A DNA stretch of 64,000 nt from Bispira polyomma (Eukaryota): contig OZ287749.1 of NCBI GenBank assembly GCA_965649765.1, positions 79,236,001 through 79,300,000 on the forward strand. Reading direction: 5' to 3'. Below, one piece after another: positions 12,131 through 25,640 of the stretch. The notes below the pieces were generated by a model. That model searched no databases. It saw only the letters and a program-made list of their open reading frames with translations, and had not been told where the DNA came from. The position numbers and the translations under genes were made by a program. Every line of letters begins with the position of its first letter. Position 1 is the first letter of the stretch.

Positions 12131-12723
12131 AGATTATTAGATTTAAAAAAATAAATTAGCATATTTAATACTTGTTATATATGGGATTCATTACCTCTGC
12201 AACGTTTATGTCAAATCATAATGCACTGTTCCAAAAGGATAATGTTAAGTACCGCATTTGAAGAAAGTTTTGAATTTAAGAAAAATGATGGGTGCTGGTT
12301 GGCTGAATGTGTGCAATTAAAAAAGGTGACTTTAACCAAGGATCCAGGCAGCAACTGAGTTGAGTATAAAAGTACAAATCAAAATATACAATTCCTGTCA
12401 GTCACTGTCTTTGCAATAATAATAGTATCATCAATTTATTTTCAGCTTAACGTCGCTTTAAATAAGCTTGAGTATTTATTAGTAGCAAGCAGTTTTTTGG
12501 ATAAAAAAGGTAAAGAGGTATAGGGTAGTTTTAGTCAAACTTACTTACAGTCATGATATGACCGAGAATTGAGTGCACAACTGCAGAGATGTGAATGTTA
12601 ACTCCACACCACCAAGTATCATAATTGCAGATAGAATACAGATGTCGCTGTCTGTTTTGGGGGTTGGGAACATTGTCCAGGTGGTGTCATCAACCTGAAA
12701 ATGGAATGCAACCCGAGACAAAT

Positions 12724-13014
12724 TGGAGAACTAGACCTATCCGTGATTGCCCGTATCCATATCCTTATCCGTATAGATATTTCACAGATGATATATCCAT
12801 ACAGTTAATCACACGTATAGCAAACACAATAAAATTAATGTCATTCCTGTCCACATCCGTAGAAATAGCTTCCAAACCCTTTTTCTACCGATTTGAATGG
12901 GAATGGTGTAAATCAATTTTGTTTGCTGGTTATATGGTTAAATGTATGGTTTCCTTCCGTGAATATATATATATGGATACGTACAAGGTGACCACAGATA
13001 GGTCTAGTTCCCCA
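12724..13014. mobile_element. About 290-bp MITE
   Basis: Inverted termini TGGAGAACTAGACCTATCCGTG...CGTATCCATAT and ATATGGATACG...CACAGATAGGTCTAGTTCCCCA; internal ATCCGT/ATCCAT subrepeats; no clear TSD. Confidence 0.65.
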
Positions 13015-16000
13015 CAAAGGAATATTTGTGGCGAGCATAGCCTACCAGGGAGTCAAAGGTCAACCATTCACTCATTATATACTTAATACAGAACACTTCT
13101 GGTACGTTGTGAATTAGAAAAGAAATGTCAGCTTAGGGTTAAGTAGGATCAACTGTATGAGGAATGATACTGACGAAATGGCAATAACTTGATAAAAAGT
13201 TATCATACAGAGCATGCTATTCTATATTTCTACTATTATGTTCAAATTATTTTTACTAGCCAATCTTGCATCTACCAGTTTGCAAATCTAGATTGATAGA
13301 GATGATTATTTTAGATGATATTTCTCCCTCTGTGTCACCTTTGGCTATCTAGTTTTTCTCCCTCGCATTGCAATACAGTAAAATGAATCATTTATGTGAA
13401 ACCTTAGCATACAACTAGTTTTATTCACACGGAGATAGTGAGGAAAATAGAATTTTTTTTTTCTTTTTTGTTTGTTCTATGTTTAGTCCTAACAAAAGTC
13501 TTTTTTGGTCTTTTTTTTGTAAACATTTCCATTCTCTTTATAACAAAAATGCATGTCACTCAGGATAACAGTACATGATTTAAACACACTATCAATAAAT
13601 CAACTCTAACGCTTTGTTTGAGTTTTTTTTGGTGTGTAACTTTTGTGGCAATCAGTGTGTAGTTTACATACATGTATGTCATTTGTTCTGTATAATAACT
13701 AACAATCACAGCAAAAAATATACTGAGCCCTTTAGACAAAAGGTAACAACAATACTAGATTATTCATCTGAAAAAGACACTCTCTAAAATGTGAACTGAT
13801 ATCTAGCCTGATGTGTCTGAATGAACTTATTATGCTTTAGTCATTCATGCATAAAAAACTATCATAAGTGATGCATTAGTTTAAGTAAGGTCTTACAGGA
13901 CTTTAACTGAGTGAAATTTGTAAAGTTTAAAGTAGTATTTTTCATTAGCTAAACTAGTATAACTAATTCATATGATAATTTAGGGCAGAGTTCATTTTGC
14001 AGTTTGTCCCTAACTAACATAAAATCATGTTAATTGACTTTCTTAATACATTCTTCAGTTTAAACATTCAGGTTTCAATTCTGAATGCATGTGATACATC
14101 GTTGTTATTTTCTAACATTTTAGACTTCGCAAAGTTAAACGTGGAGTTAATTTTTGGAAATTTCACTTGTTTTCGGTAACTTCTTAGCAATGAATGGTAT
14201 CTAGTTTTTTAAATTTGCAATTTAATAATACTGTACAAATTTAACTAAGCTTAATAGCTTAAGTAAATAAATATCAATGTCTAAAGTTAACATTAACTTC
14301 CCATCTCTTTCTGCAGATTGCATAGTTCCTGTACAGCATGTTATATTCATGACCCAATGACAGGTGTAATTATATCATGTTCTAAATATCACTTCAATGG
14401 GCCCATCGTTTGATACCTAATGTATATTTAAAGATAACATTGATATGGAAATAGATCAGTGTACAAAGGCAATGATTATTGTTTGCAAGACAGTTTTTTT
14501 TTTTTGTTTTGTTTTGTTTGTTTGTTTTGTTTGTTTTTTTTTGGGGGGGTCGAGGATGGGGGATTTTGTTAAGGTACAAGTCCCTTCTTGAATTTGGTGA
14601 CAAATAGACCAATTCAATAAATTATAGACATTGATCATGGGGGAAAAGGTGCACAATTAAGGTGATACAAAAGTGACATTAAGACGATAAAATATTAACC
14701 CAAATATATATTACTATAATGAGGCATTTACCAATAAAAATAAAATCCATTTTGTAGCTGTATTGAAAGTATGTGTCTGTAAGCTGCAAAGTTGAATTTG
14801 CATTTAACCATATCCATTGTATAGTAATATATCTTTATTATTTAAACACCTAAGACCCAGTTTGTCACGTCAATGAACTAACATTATACTCAGAGTCAGT
14901 AATTATTCTCCAGATTTCATGATAGATTATTCATAAGGATCACTGGGGTCTTTTTTTGTTGTCCAACTTTCTGGAAGATTTTTTTTTTTGTTTGTCATAA
15001 AGTATTTACACATATAGAATACCACACAGGGAGGTTATATCTGGACAAACTTAACTTATTGTGCACTTATCATTTTTCCTATTTTTGGACTGATACTTTA
15101 ATGAGACCAAATACTGTGTGGTTTTAGCTCTGAATATGTGATTATGACCATACAAATAATTCAATAAAAGCATAATTATCCCAACTTTTATTATCCAAAG
15201 TTTATTTACAGTGCCAATAAGACAAACTAAAATGTCTGGATTCACTCTTCCACCCAAATTCTCTCTAATAGTTGATGGATTCTTAATTAAATTGTTTCAG
15301 TAGGCTTTGTACAATCCTGGTGAATAGAATAACAAACAAACAAAAGTTTAATCTCCTTGACAGAGATAACGGCCACTAACTCTTGTTAGAAAGATTAGAA
15401 GCATCAAATTTTGGTAAAAGATAAACACTGGAATATCCCCGTGGTTGATGCATCAAAAGCACTAATTGACATGAAGAAAGAGTTATGAGGCTGACATTTT
15501 TCTACATATTATCAAGTAAGTAGTTCTTACCAGATACATTTTTATCCTTATTACAAATGCCTTGGCTAGTGGCCGGTTACACTACAACAATACTCACTAT
15601 TATATACAGTGTCAGCAAGGAAACACTGAGCAAAACTGCGAACCCATGTCAGTCCTTTCCTTGGTAAATGACATACACTACATGCCATCTGCTTAAAGTT
15701 CCATTAAAAAGCCCATGCTACTTCATAGAAATCACCAATGACCAAGAATTCCTCCCAATATTATCATTAGACATAAGGTTTGATTTGTTACAGTAACATG
15801 GAGCAGAAACATATTCATAGCAATAGTTAACATAGCACCTAGCTCATATGGGCTTATAAGTCACTTTAATAAAACATGCACCTTTACACGTGTGCTCATC
15901 ATAATCCTACAAGTTTAAGTTAGGTTATTGTACGGGCCACAAACCTATATAAAAGGATTATATTCAGCCGGGGTGATATGCCACTAGTTCTACTGTTGTA

Positions 16001-16036
16001 TATTTATTTAAACATCTATCTAAAGCATCTCAATAT

Positions 16037-16296
16037 GGGTTTAATTTGAATTGTGATATTTAACGTTCACTCTACTACCTGTTTAGGTTATATTGGGACA
16101 GGTAGTTGAAAACGTTGGAGGAAACACTGCATACAGTTAATCAAGGTTCTGCACTGAAACCAGCGGCCCACAGTAAGGAACTACTACCTTTTCCACATAG
16201 GCATCGATGGGAGTCGAACTCACGCCGCCTAGTGGTGAGAGACCAGTGATTGTGAAGCACAATGCTTGCTAACCACTAGGCCACCGAGGCCCCCCT
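16037..16296 (-). mobile_element. SINE family A copy inserted in the tail of a family B SINE
   Basis: Near-identical to the 4932-5191 copy; TGGGTT...AATTTGAATTG is repeated at both of its ends. Confidence 0.88.
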
Positions 16297-16299
16297 CTA

Positions 16300-16525
16300 G
16301 GTGGGTTCAAATTTGAATTGAGTTGGGATTGATGTAGCTTTTAACAGCTTAGGTCATATCATGATGGCCAGATTTAATAGTGGAAGAAGTCAGTGTAAAC
16401 CACTGGCCTATGGCAAGTACGTGACAAGCTTACCCACATGAAGGAATAAGTGGAATTCGAACCCACATTGGCGAAAGGTCAGTGATTGTTAAGCTAACAC
16501 TTCTAACAACTAGGCCAAACCAAAC
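16300..16525 (-). mobile_element. tRNA-derived SINE family B (older, related to family A)
   Basis: Reverse strand TGGCCTAGTTG...GGGTTCGAATTCC...GTACTTGCC...AAATCTGGCCATCATGATATGACCTAAGCTGTTAAAAGC. Further degraded copies at about 5205-5370, 21805-22000, 35920-36100, 37450-37690, 40575-40850, 42480-42560, 45790-45935, 47285-47390, 53020-53133 and 62000-62400. Confidence 0.75.
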
Positions 16526-17039
16526 CAAAAGTCTCAATATATACGATTCTGAATAAACACTCAGTAAGTTAAACAAAATAGGAAAATGCCTTTATTATCA
16601 GTGTAAGTTGTAACCTTCAAAGGATTCTAGTTTTCCATGTGAAGGACCTAAAAGTCTATGGGATATTTAAATACTAACTTAGAAAATATAAATAGATTAA
16701 ATATGTGTGTAGCTTTAACACTAATAAGTCTATATTAATCCCTATGATATAGCTTACTAATTCAGGCAAATAGCAACCAGTGTTAAAGGAAAAACATAAA
16801 GTGCTTAACACCGTTTTATTGTAGATTAAGCTCACACCACTGAATTCTGTAGAACAAATCTACACCTGCAACAATAGTCAGACGTTACTTCTGTGTTTCA
16901 AATTTTAATTAATATTGAGCCATCTATATATACCCATACTACTATAAAGGAGTAATATCATAGTACACTTTATATTTAAAGATCATAAGAACTCGACTAT
17001 TTAAGAAAAGGTGAAAGAGAATAAAAAATAATCCATGAG

Positions 17040-17718
17040 GGACCTTTTTCGATCACAGATGATTAATCCTTAAAAGGGAGGCAGCATGCTGCCGTTTGTG
17101 AACTCGGCAAAACTCGGGTGGCCACGGGTGACACTTCTTCTGTCGTCTGCCGTTCAACGATTGGTGGAAATTCCCGCCACTGGCTCACTGCTTCATAGAT
17201 TATGAAGATTCCTAGCTTTCTTCTTGGACGGATATTAATAAATTGTCCACCCGCCCCCAAAAAACAATTGGGGACAGTTAACTAAGAGATAACATGTCTT
17301 CATGTCTAAGATTTTCTCTCTACAAAGAAGCAGCTGAATTTGAATAGGTTATACTTGTAGTTAAGGGTAAATTATAATGTGAATTCATTGGGGGTTTTTT
17401 GTTGGCAAAAGATTATACTGTACATAGAATTGGGCAGAAACGTTTAACTGGAGACTGTGACGTCTCTAAATGATTGGATGAATTGATTAATATTTAGCAA
17501 ATAATTAAGTAGCCATGGTGCTCATGAAATGATGAGAGTGTGTGTTATCATTTGTTTATGAAGTGACTGTGAGTCTAACAAATATTGACTTACTCATAAT
17601 ATTCCGGTGGACAATTAGTGGACAGTGATAGTTTTACTACAGTTGAATTACTTCTCAAGTTTCAAGAAGACAAGGTAACTGACAGAATTCGAGCCTTTCT
17701 ACTACTGAAGATAAGAAG
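17040..17718 (+). promoter_or_regulatory. Putative SKOR promoter / 5' UTR
   Basis: CpG-richer unique block at 17040-17290 with TGATTAATCC; TGACGT (17458), inverted CCAAT (17473), TGATTAAT (17484) and TAATTA (17502) directly upstream of the predicted first coding exon. Confidence 0.45.
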
Positions 17719-17732
17719 ATGGAAAGTAACAG
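17719..17732 (+). CDS. SKOR: SKOR predicted coding exon 1 (MESN + AG)
   Basis: AAGATGG Kozak context, in-frame upstream TGA at 17680, strong donor AG|GTAAGA; phase 2 matches the acceptor at 30004/30005 (AG|C = Ser). Confidence 0.55.
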
Positions 17733-18949
17733 GTAAGATATAAAGATTTACACAAGTTTATGATTTGTTTGTAAGGCTTTTTCTGGATTAATTTTTTTTT
17801 TTTAAATTTATTTCAAAGTACATGTAATATTGTGGTTAGATTAACACAGAATATTATTCTTGGGCTTATAAGTCAGTCTCAATACACTTGAACATACAAT
17901 TTATGGTTTCTTTCTATGCCATAACTCGTGAACCAAATGCTTCACTGAATATACTTTAGAATGTGTTAAAACATTTATATAAAAGCAACAACTGATGAGG
18001 TTTAAATCGTGACGTCATCAATTGTATATTTGCATGCATATTGTATAGCGTTATGATCATTTGATGAGAACTAATGATTTTTTAACGTTTATTTATGACA
18101 CATGAGCTAATAATTAAAAAAGAAATAATTTCACATCCATGTAGAGAAAATTTCTTTCTACTTTATAAGTGTTTTTGGTCACATGATAATAAATATCTAA
18201 TTTATTTAACAGACATTTTCGTTAATTAACTACTATTATACTTTATGCTTTGGCAGCATTGAATAATATATATTGCAAATCAAAATTGTAGCAATCCTTA
18301 ACCGAGGGTCATACATTTATGTTTAATTAGTGTTGATGTCTATAGTAATCTTTGTATTCAAAAATCCATATTGTTATTAATAATTTTGAAATATTGTAGT
18401 AACATTTTTTAGTTTTTTATTGTATGTTTTTTCATAAACGGCAGAACAGCACTTTTCACAAGGTTTCACTGGCCTATAATCTATAAATATTTAATGGTTA
18501 TATTTAAATCATTCTGATCATTATTGATCAATAGTTGTTGTATTTTCCAAAACCTCAATAAAAAATATACTGCGTCATTATGTGACATTAATTAAATTAT
18601 ACTAATTCAATTTTTTAGCTGCATACTTTTTCTCAGTAAAATTTCACCGTTCTGTGTATATATTTCAGTATTAAACATAATAACTTCTAAATGATCATAT
18701 AACCTTGTGAGTTGTATGCCCAATGACAAAAAATAACTACTATATATGGCATTGTTAAAATTATAAGACTACAATCTACATAATCTAAGGCATGGCATTG
18801 TAATTTAGCAGTTTTGATAAGGTATTAAAAGGTATTATTGTATTAGAATAAAATAAATTATAATGTTGTCTTGAATTAAGGAAAACCATTCCTTGTACCC
18901 GATACATTAGAAAATGGTTTTAATAGATATGGCTTATATTTTTTTTTTT

Positions 18950-19570
18950 GTGGCTGTACTGTGATAATGCCAGACACAACTATACCGCCCCAAAGTGACA
19001 AAAAACAATTTCTGGACAAATTGTCAGGAAGCTTGATAATTCAGCCCAAAACCCTCGAATGATATAGTTTAATTTAAGTAATACAATATATTTTGGGTAA
19101 AGTTTGTGGAAAAGACAACAAACAACTCTGACAATATTTGATTAATAATGATTTCATTTTTTTTGATATAACCCTTAAATATTTATGGACTAGATGGATC
19201 TGGCCTTCTTCTCAGATCCGCTCAAAAAACTGTAATGTCTTTTGCCCTAGCAAGTTCTCCCCCCATCTTCCCTGTCGAGGTTTCATAAAGCGGCAAACCT
19301 CAAATCTGATAAACAGCACTCAGCGAATACCTCCCCTAAGTCGTGACGTTGCCCCCCCCCCCCCCCCCTATTAAAAAAAAAAAAATCCTAGATCTGCCCT
19401 CTAACCAGATCCACTCAGATATTCAACAGATCCTTCTTTGGTCTATTTCCCATTCTTTCACCAAATTTTAAGTTAATCGGTGCAGTCGTGTTTTTATTGT
19501 GTAATCCTGGTTACAAACAAAACCAATGGACACAGGTAAGAAAACATCACCTCTTTATAGCAGACGTAAA
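18950..19570 (-). mobile_element. Degraded Helentron/DINE-like non-autonomous element (tentative)
   Basis: Right end AAATTTTAAGTTAATCGG...ACAAACAAA...AAAACATCACCTCTTTATAGCAGACGTAAAA resembles the reversed 5' end of DINE-1-like elements; boundaries approximate. Confidence 0.35.
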
Positions 19571-22500
19571 ATATTGTGTTCTACTGCTGGGAATAGTTTA
19601 TCAGACATATTCTGCTGTATTCACAAAATAAATGGCATGCCAAATACATACATGTTAATTTAGTAGGCAATAATGGGGTTTTATTAGGTATCAACGGGTT
19701 TCAAACATAATTCACTTGATAAACTTTCTTTGAGAAAAAAAAACCTTTTATATTTTTACAAACACTCATCTCAATCTGTTGAATTGAGGCATTTCAAAGA
19801 ATTAAAACTAAATGTTGTGAGCACATTACTATACACCAAGTCCAAGTCAATTTGGTGAGAGAGAATCAAGTCATTTCACCAGATCAACCAGAAAAGAGTA
19901 AATTTTAGGTAATCATTCGTCTGCTACTGATGATTTTCACCCCGCCAAAGTGTTTAAATGGGACGTCCACTGTATTAATCAGATAGAGAATGAAAATAAT
20001 GAGTAATTATGTTATCCATCCTGTTAATATCACCCTATCATTTCTAATTATTGATGTACTTCTTTAATAAAACAGTGGTTTCTCCCCAAATCGGCCCGGA
20101 GGGAAATCGACAACTTTCCCGACAGTTCTAATCAAAACTCACCGTATACCATTGCCGATAACTCAATTGTTTTCAGACATCAATCAAAACCCCGCCTCTA
20201 ATTTAACTCTTTACTGTCATATCCGAGGATTAGTAACCACTTGGCAGGCGGCCATATTGTTTTGTTAGGGGTTAGAGGCTGTTTCTCTTTTCTTACTTGA
20301 GGTGGGGGGGAGAGGGGGCACGGGCCAGAATTTGACGCACTCACATCAAAAGAATGCGAGGTGCGCAAAATGACTGATTACACACACACATCAATGAAAG
20401 CCGTCTGCTCCATTATGAGGGTATTATCGCCCAAGAGATTATTATTGTGTTTTATTATAATCAACTCTTCCTAAGAAGACAATAAAAAAGACAGTCGTCT
20501 TGAGTTAAGCAATGTGTGAAGTGTTTTGGAGTAGTTTCCGAATCACTGCCCCTTTGTTGGATGGGGATGTATCCCTTTTTGGAGCATTCATGCCTGGTTG
20601 TTGGGAAAACGAAGAAGAAATTAAAAGTGGGGATAAGCCAGTGAAGAGTTGATAATGATAGGAATGAAAACCTAACCCTTACCCCAGGGGCAAGACTGCA
20701 TTGTCTTCCCAAGGGTGTGAATGAATTAAAATTGATTTGTGGTACTTGTGGCATATATGTACTTACAAGTACATTTACATTCCACGTGATGATCATATGT
20801 GACGAGTATATCATAAAAATATACAGCTAGAATTAAATTTAATAAGCAAAACTTGGCACCAAGGGAAATTAAGCTAGTAAGTGTTAATAGGTTATTTCAT
20901 ATCAAAGGCATAAACCTCGTCAAGACTACTGAGAAGTACCTGTCTTGGTGACAGATGGCCACACAGGTAGGAAGATCAGAGATCTGTTCTTTGAAAATAA
21001 AGTAGCTGTCTGACTTGAGTAGGTGAAATTCTGAGATAACCCTACTTTTTCAGAAAGAATAAAGACCACAGACAAAAAGCTGATCCTTTTTGTGAGTTTC
21101 TGTAGTGTGATTAGATTCACGTAATATTTCAGAGATCGTGTAAACCTGGGTTTGGAGAGAAATGTACGATTCACAAATAGATTCACTTGGCTTGTCATAT
21201 TTCAACTTTTTATCACTTCAAAGTTCAAACATGTGGACTTTGTTTACCACCTCAAGGATGACACCATTTGGTAGTAATTTCTGTTATTGTGATATCTAGA
21301 AAGTCACAACATTTCAATACAATACAAATAAGTCACGTGTCACATCATCATCACAAACTGTGTATAGATATTTCAATATTACTTATTTTATTTGTTTTAT
21401 TATAATGACATGCACACTTCTTTTATATACCAATACATTACTACATAAATATGGTTGCCCAACCCACATGGGGGCTTATAAGTCACTTTAATGTATTACA
21501 TATTTTGTTGTATGACAGATACATTTCACATTTGCAGCTACTAAATATTACATAATAATTAAACTACATAAAAGACACACACAGCACACATATGATAACA
21601 ATAGGGCAACAGGACATCTGTATACAATATATATAAATAGGAAAGAAAGACTTAAATAGAAATATAATTTTACACATAAATAGGGTCAAGAATTTCATAG
21701 CTGGTTCCTTTTTTTACTGCCATGCAAGGTCACTTGTTTTACTTCAGTTCTTTAATTTTTAAATCACTGCCTTTTAGTTGCTTAATTCTTAAGTGAATTA
21801 GTGTTGAATTTTAGGTTGCTTTCAACAGTTTAGGTCTTGGTACAATAGCCACATTTAATGGTGAAGCAATGTAAACAACTGACATACGGCAAGTACATGA
21901 AAAACTTTTTAAGACAAAGGAAACAAATGGGATTCGAACCCACATATGGTGAGAGGCCAGTGATTCTGAAGTTAACACGTGTAACCACTAGACCCCAGCA
22001 GCATCCCCCCTTCTCCCCCCAAGCTGAATTAGACTGACATGATTTAAATTCTATTATTTTCCTATTATGAGGAATATATATCCAAGTACATGCAATTAAT
22101 ATGCCCAAACAAAGATTGAGTCAATAATACTTAAATAAAGAATGTCAACTATATTAGAATAATTACATGTACACATCATAGCCACAACACTTTATTGATC
22201 TATTCATCATGTTAACTACAAAAGTATAACAACACCACAAAACAAACCACACACATACTAATCATTATTTACACGAGAACATCTCACGCATAGCTAGCTT
22301 TACTCAATAAAGGCCGATGCACACCTGACTGGAGCCATATTGATAGTCACAAAAGAGATACTCGTCGACACTGTCTTAAATAAAAGCCTGGTTTTTGCCT
22401 GAATTGTTCAAGATACATTAAATATTCAGTTTCCAGACTGGCTTGGTGAATAGGTGTTTGTCTGCTAGACTGGTGGGAGGGGGGGGGATTTTAGATTATT

Positions 22501-22599
22501 TTTTTTTACTGTTGTTTGATATCGTGTTACTATTAAATGTTTAATAAAAGTCATCATGGGTGGAATACGCTTAAGACTTTTTGTAAAAAGATACAGTAA

Positions 22600-22895
22600 A
22601 CAGGCTAAAACAGAACCAGTAAAAAGATTGAATCCTATGCTTTTTCTGTTGCAGCACTAATTCTATGGCATAATTTACCAGCCAAAATAAGATCCCAGTT
22701 AGCCCTCTCTGGTTTCAAAAGCAAACATAAGAAGCGTATATTGACCCTTCGCTTAACCTCCATAGACATCTTCCTCCTCCACTTTACCTCCCCAATCACG
22801 AATTGAATTTGCATTGGATACTGACTACGATGATGTTGCGCTTTAGAAGATTTCTAGCATCAATCGGGCCAGTTCAAAATCAATCATATCATAAA
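22600..22895 (+). mobile_element. L2-type LINE 3' end
   Basis: Encodes YAFSVAALILWHNLPAKIRSQLALSGFKSK and has the tail GATGTTGCGCTTTAGAAGATTTCTAGCATCAAT. Confidence 0.7.
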
Positions 22896-24482
22896 TTAAA
22901 TAGCATCTAAATGCAAGATTAAAAAATCCTAACAGTAAATATTTAATAGCAGCTCATTTAAGCTATTTTCATGAATGCAACATTCTATCTTTAACAAAAC
23001 TGAGTAATAGTCAATAATTATATTCCAAAGAATTACTAAAACTAAAAACGATTAAAATATATACTTCATTGACCGACTTATTTTGGAGCTATTTATCATT
23101 TACAATGTTCTATTATACTGAATTTGTATACATGTAGTAATTATACCTATAAATCTAATAGGGTCTTTTCACTAAACAAAAACTTGTAGGAACATCTGAA
23201 AAAAGATTATATGTGGTCCTTAACTTTAAATTTTGTTTATCTGGCACATTAAAGCTTGTTTGATATTCTTTTTTGTATCACAATTTTTTTCAAAAAGAAG
23301 GCTGTATATGGTTCTTTAGCAGAAATTACATAACACTCATAATTATTACTGTAAAACATACTAGACAAAACTATTCATTAATACACATCCCAAGAGATTT
23401 CCCTTAAATAGATCCCTATCTCCCCTTATTTTGGTTTCTATTTGTATTACTAATACTTGACACCAAATTTATCCATCAACACACACTGAACATTTCCCAT
23501 ACATCTGAGCAGTTAGACCCCAATTACTGAAAAGAAATATTTCATGATCTCTACTCAAAGAAAATAACCGAAATACCCCCTTTTCAATATCTGCAATCAG
23601 TTTTTCTTTCTTATTTTTCTAATAGTCTCATTTTAGCCCAGTACAGCACTTGAGTGAAATTATTTGTCTCTCAAACACAAACCCTATAAAATTAAGTGAG
23701 TTACAGGAATATTTATGGCTTTTAGTACGGCCCATGCGTGGTGATAATGGACAAAGATAAATGTAATTGGGGACAGTTGAAAAGGACCATGATAGTCTAA
23801 CAGTGGGAAGGGTTAAATCAGTTTTTGCCTTCATTGTGGAAAAGCCAACATTTCCCAGATTACCCACAAGACCCCCCTTTAATTTCCCGCCACTTCCACT
23901 CAAAATTTGTAAATTGTCGTCTGTGGTCGGTGGGCGATAAAGCGTGATATTTAATAAAAACATGCTCCCTTTTCTGATGATACCAGCAATAAATGTGATC
24001 ACCCGGTATAATGAAGTTAGAAACAAGCCATTTCACGCGTCCAAATGTACTTTATGCTATCAAATACACACTCACTTATAGTTGTCAAGGGTGTAAACAG
24101 GGCGTGAGGGGGAGGTCGGGGGGGGGGCATTCAGGGGAGGGGGTGATAGTGGTCGGGTGGGTAAAAAGATGATTAAATTTTGAGAGATCATTTTCAGTAA
24201 TTGAGTTGTGTCAGTTGTAGAAATTAAACAGAAATGGCATCATGCCGGCTGAAAAGGATTGAGGAGGGTGTGTGTGGGGGTGGGGTGGTGTCGCGTTGGG
24301 AGGGAGCAAAATCCTGTTTATAATAAAATGATTTCCAGTTGCGTGCATTTTCTTAAACGTCAGTATTAGTAGTACGGTATATAAGTGGAAATCTTCACTG
24401 GGAATTAATTTTAGCTAATGATTTGGGAGAGTGAGATTCAATTCCCTGTGACAGTTGGAACTTCTATGGATATTTCAAGTAA

Positions 24483-24828
24483 TGTGGCAATCACACTGTC
24501 TAAGTTCTCGCCACATTTATGCCAGTTTATTCCCGATCATTAGTTCTAAGCAGTTTTAGCACTGTTTACACAAGTTCTGAGCAGTTTAAGCCCAGTTATG
24601 CCCCGCCCACACCCCTTTTGTCCAGTACTCTCAAGATGTGCTTTAAGAGCCGATCACCCACAGAAGTTTTGAATTTGTTCAAAATTTCCGGCTCTGTCTC
24701 CCGTTCTTACCAATCTCACTCGTTTATGCCCAGTTTATGCCCAGATGTTAGACGTTTACTCCAGTTCACACAGGTTCTGAGAACAGGGTTTAAACGATCC
24801 CGAGAACATAAACAGTGTGACTGCCACA
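24483..24828. mobile_element. About 345-bp MITE, PIF/Harbinger-like
   Basis: TIRs TGTGGCAATCACACTGTCTAAGTTCTCG / CGAGAACATAAACAGTGTGACTGCCACA flanked by TAA and TTA; internal GCCCAGTT subrepeats. Confidence 0.8.
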
Positions 24829-24972
24829 TTAGAAAAGTCTTTACTGACAATTAATAAACTTCTCTGAAAATTTTAGTTGGTGAAATTTTCTTAAACTTAA
24901 AATTTTCACTTCTATCTGCGTTATTTCATTAATAGTAGTACTCAGTTAGTATTCATTTCCCAACCTCTACTG

Positions 24973-25215
24973 TGGGGGCTGCGGTGGCCCAGTGGCTAGC
25001 AAGCATTGCGCTTCACAATCATTGGTCTCTCACCTCAGGCGGCTTGAGTTCGAATCTCGTCGATGCCTATGTGGAACAGGTGGTAGTTCCTTACTGTGGG
25101 CCGCTGGTTGTAGTGCAGAACCTTGATCAACTGTATACAGCGTTTCCAACTACCCGTCCCAATATAACCTAAATAGGTACTAGAGTGGACGTTAAATATC
25201 CAAATTAAAAAAAAA
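24973..25215 (+). mobile_element. tRNA-derived SINE family A with TSD
   Basis: A box TGGCCCAGTGG, B box GAGTTCGAATC, poly(A); perfect 11-bp TSD AACCTCTACTG at 24962-24972 and 25216-25226. Confidence 0.93.
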
Positions 25216-25334
25216 AACCTCTACTGAGAATCAATAGAAAACACGCAGTGGGCTTTAAAATATTATTCCAAACTACTTGTTATTGTTCAAGTTTATTTCA
25301 ATGTCATTTTAATGATGCCCTTTTTAGCAGTCAT

Positions 25335-25640
25335 AAATTGAGGCTAAATTTCAGTTCAGAGTGGATCAAAAGCTTTCTCTACTACTGCTGCCCCTGAGTT
25401 ATGGAATGGTCTCACAGTTGAGCTACGATCACTTGAAACACTATCTGGGTTTAGTGAAAAGCTTAAACCAATCTTTTTAAATACACCTAACCCCCATAGT
25501 TTCCTTCCCTGTACACCCTACATCCTTCCTTACAACTTTGATTATGTTTTTTGGACTTCTTAATTGGTTAACTGATTGTGTTGTTGCGCTTTAAGAGATG
25601 CATAGCATCAATAAGGCATGTTAAAAAAAAAAAAAAAATA
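25335..25640 (+). mobile_element. L2-type LINE 3' end
   Basis: GSKAFSTTAAPELWNGLTVELRSLETLSGFSEKLKP followed by the tail TGTTGCGCTTTAAGAGATGCATAGCATCAATAAGGCATGTT and an A-run. Confidence 0.75.

Noticed and set aside
12625-13086. 153-aa ORF with PYPYPY
   Set aside because: Overlies a MITE with ATCCGT/ATCCAT subrepeats; non-ATG start and no domain similarity.
24973-25070. tRNA genes (A/B boxes here and in similar copies)
   Set aside because: The boxes are SINE heads followed by a shared body, tail and TSDs; no cloverleaf is evident. The short ORFs over these copies are spurious.
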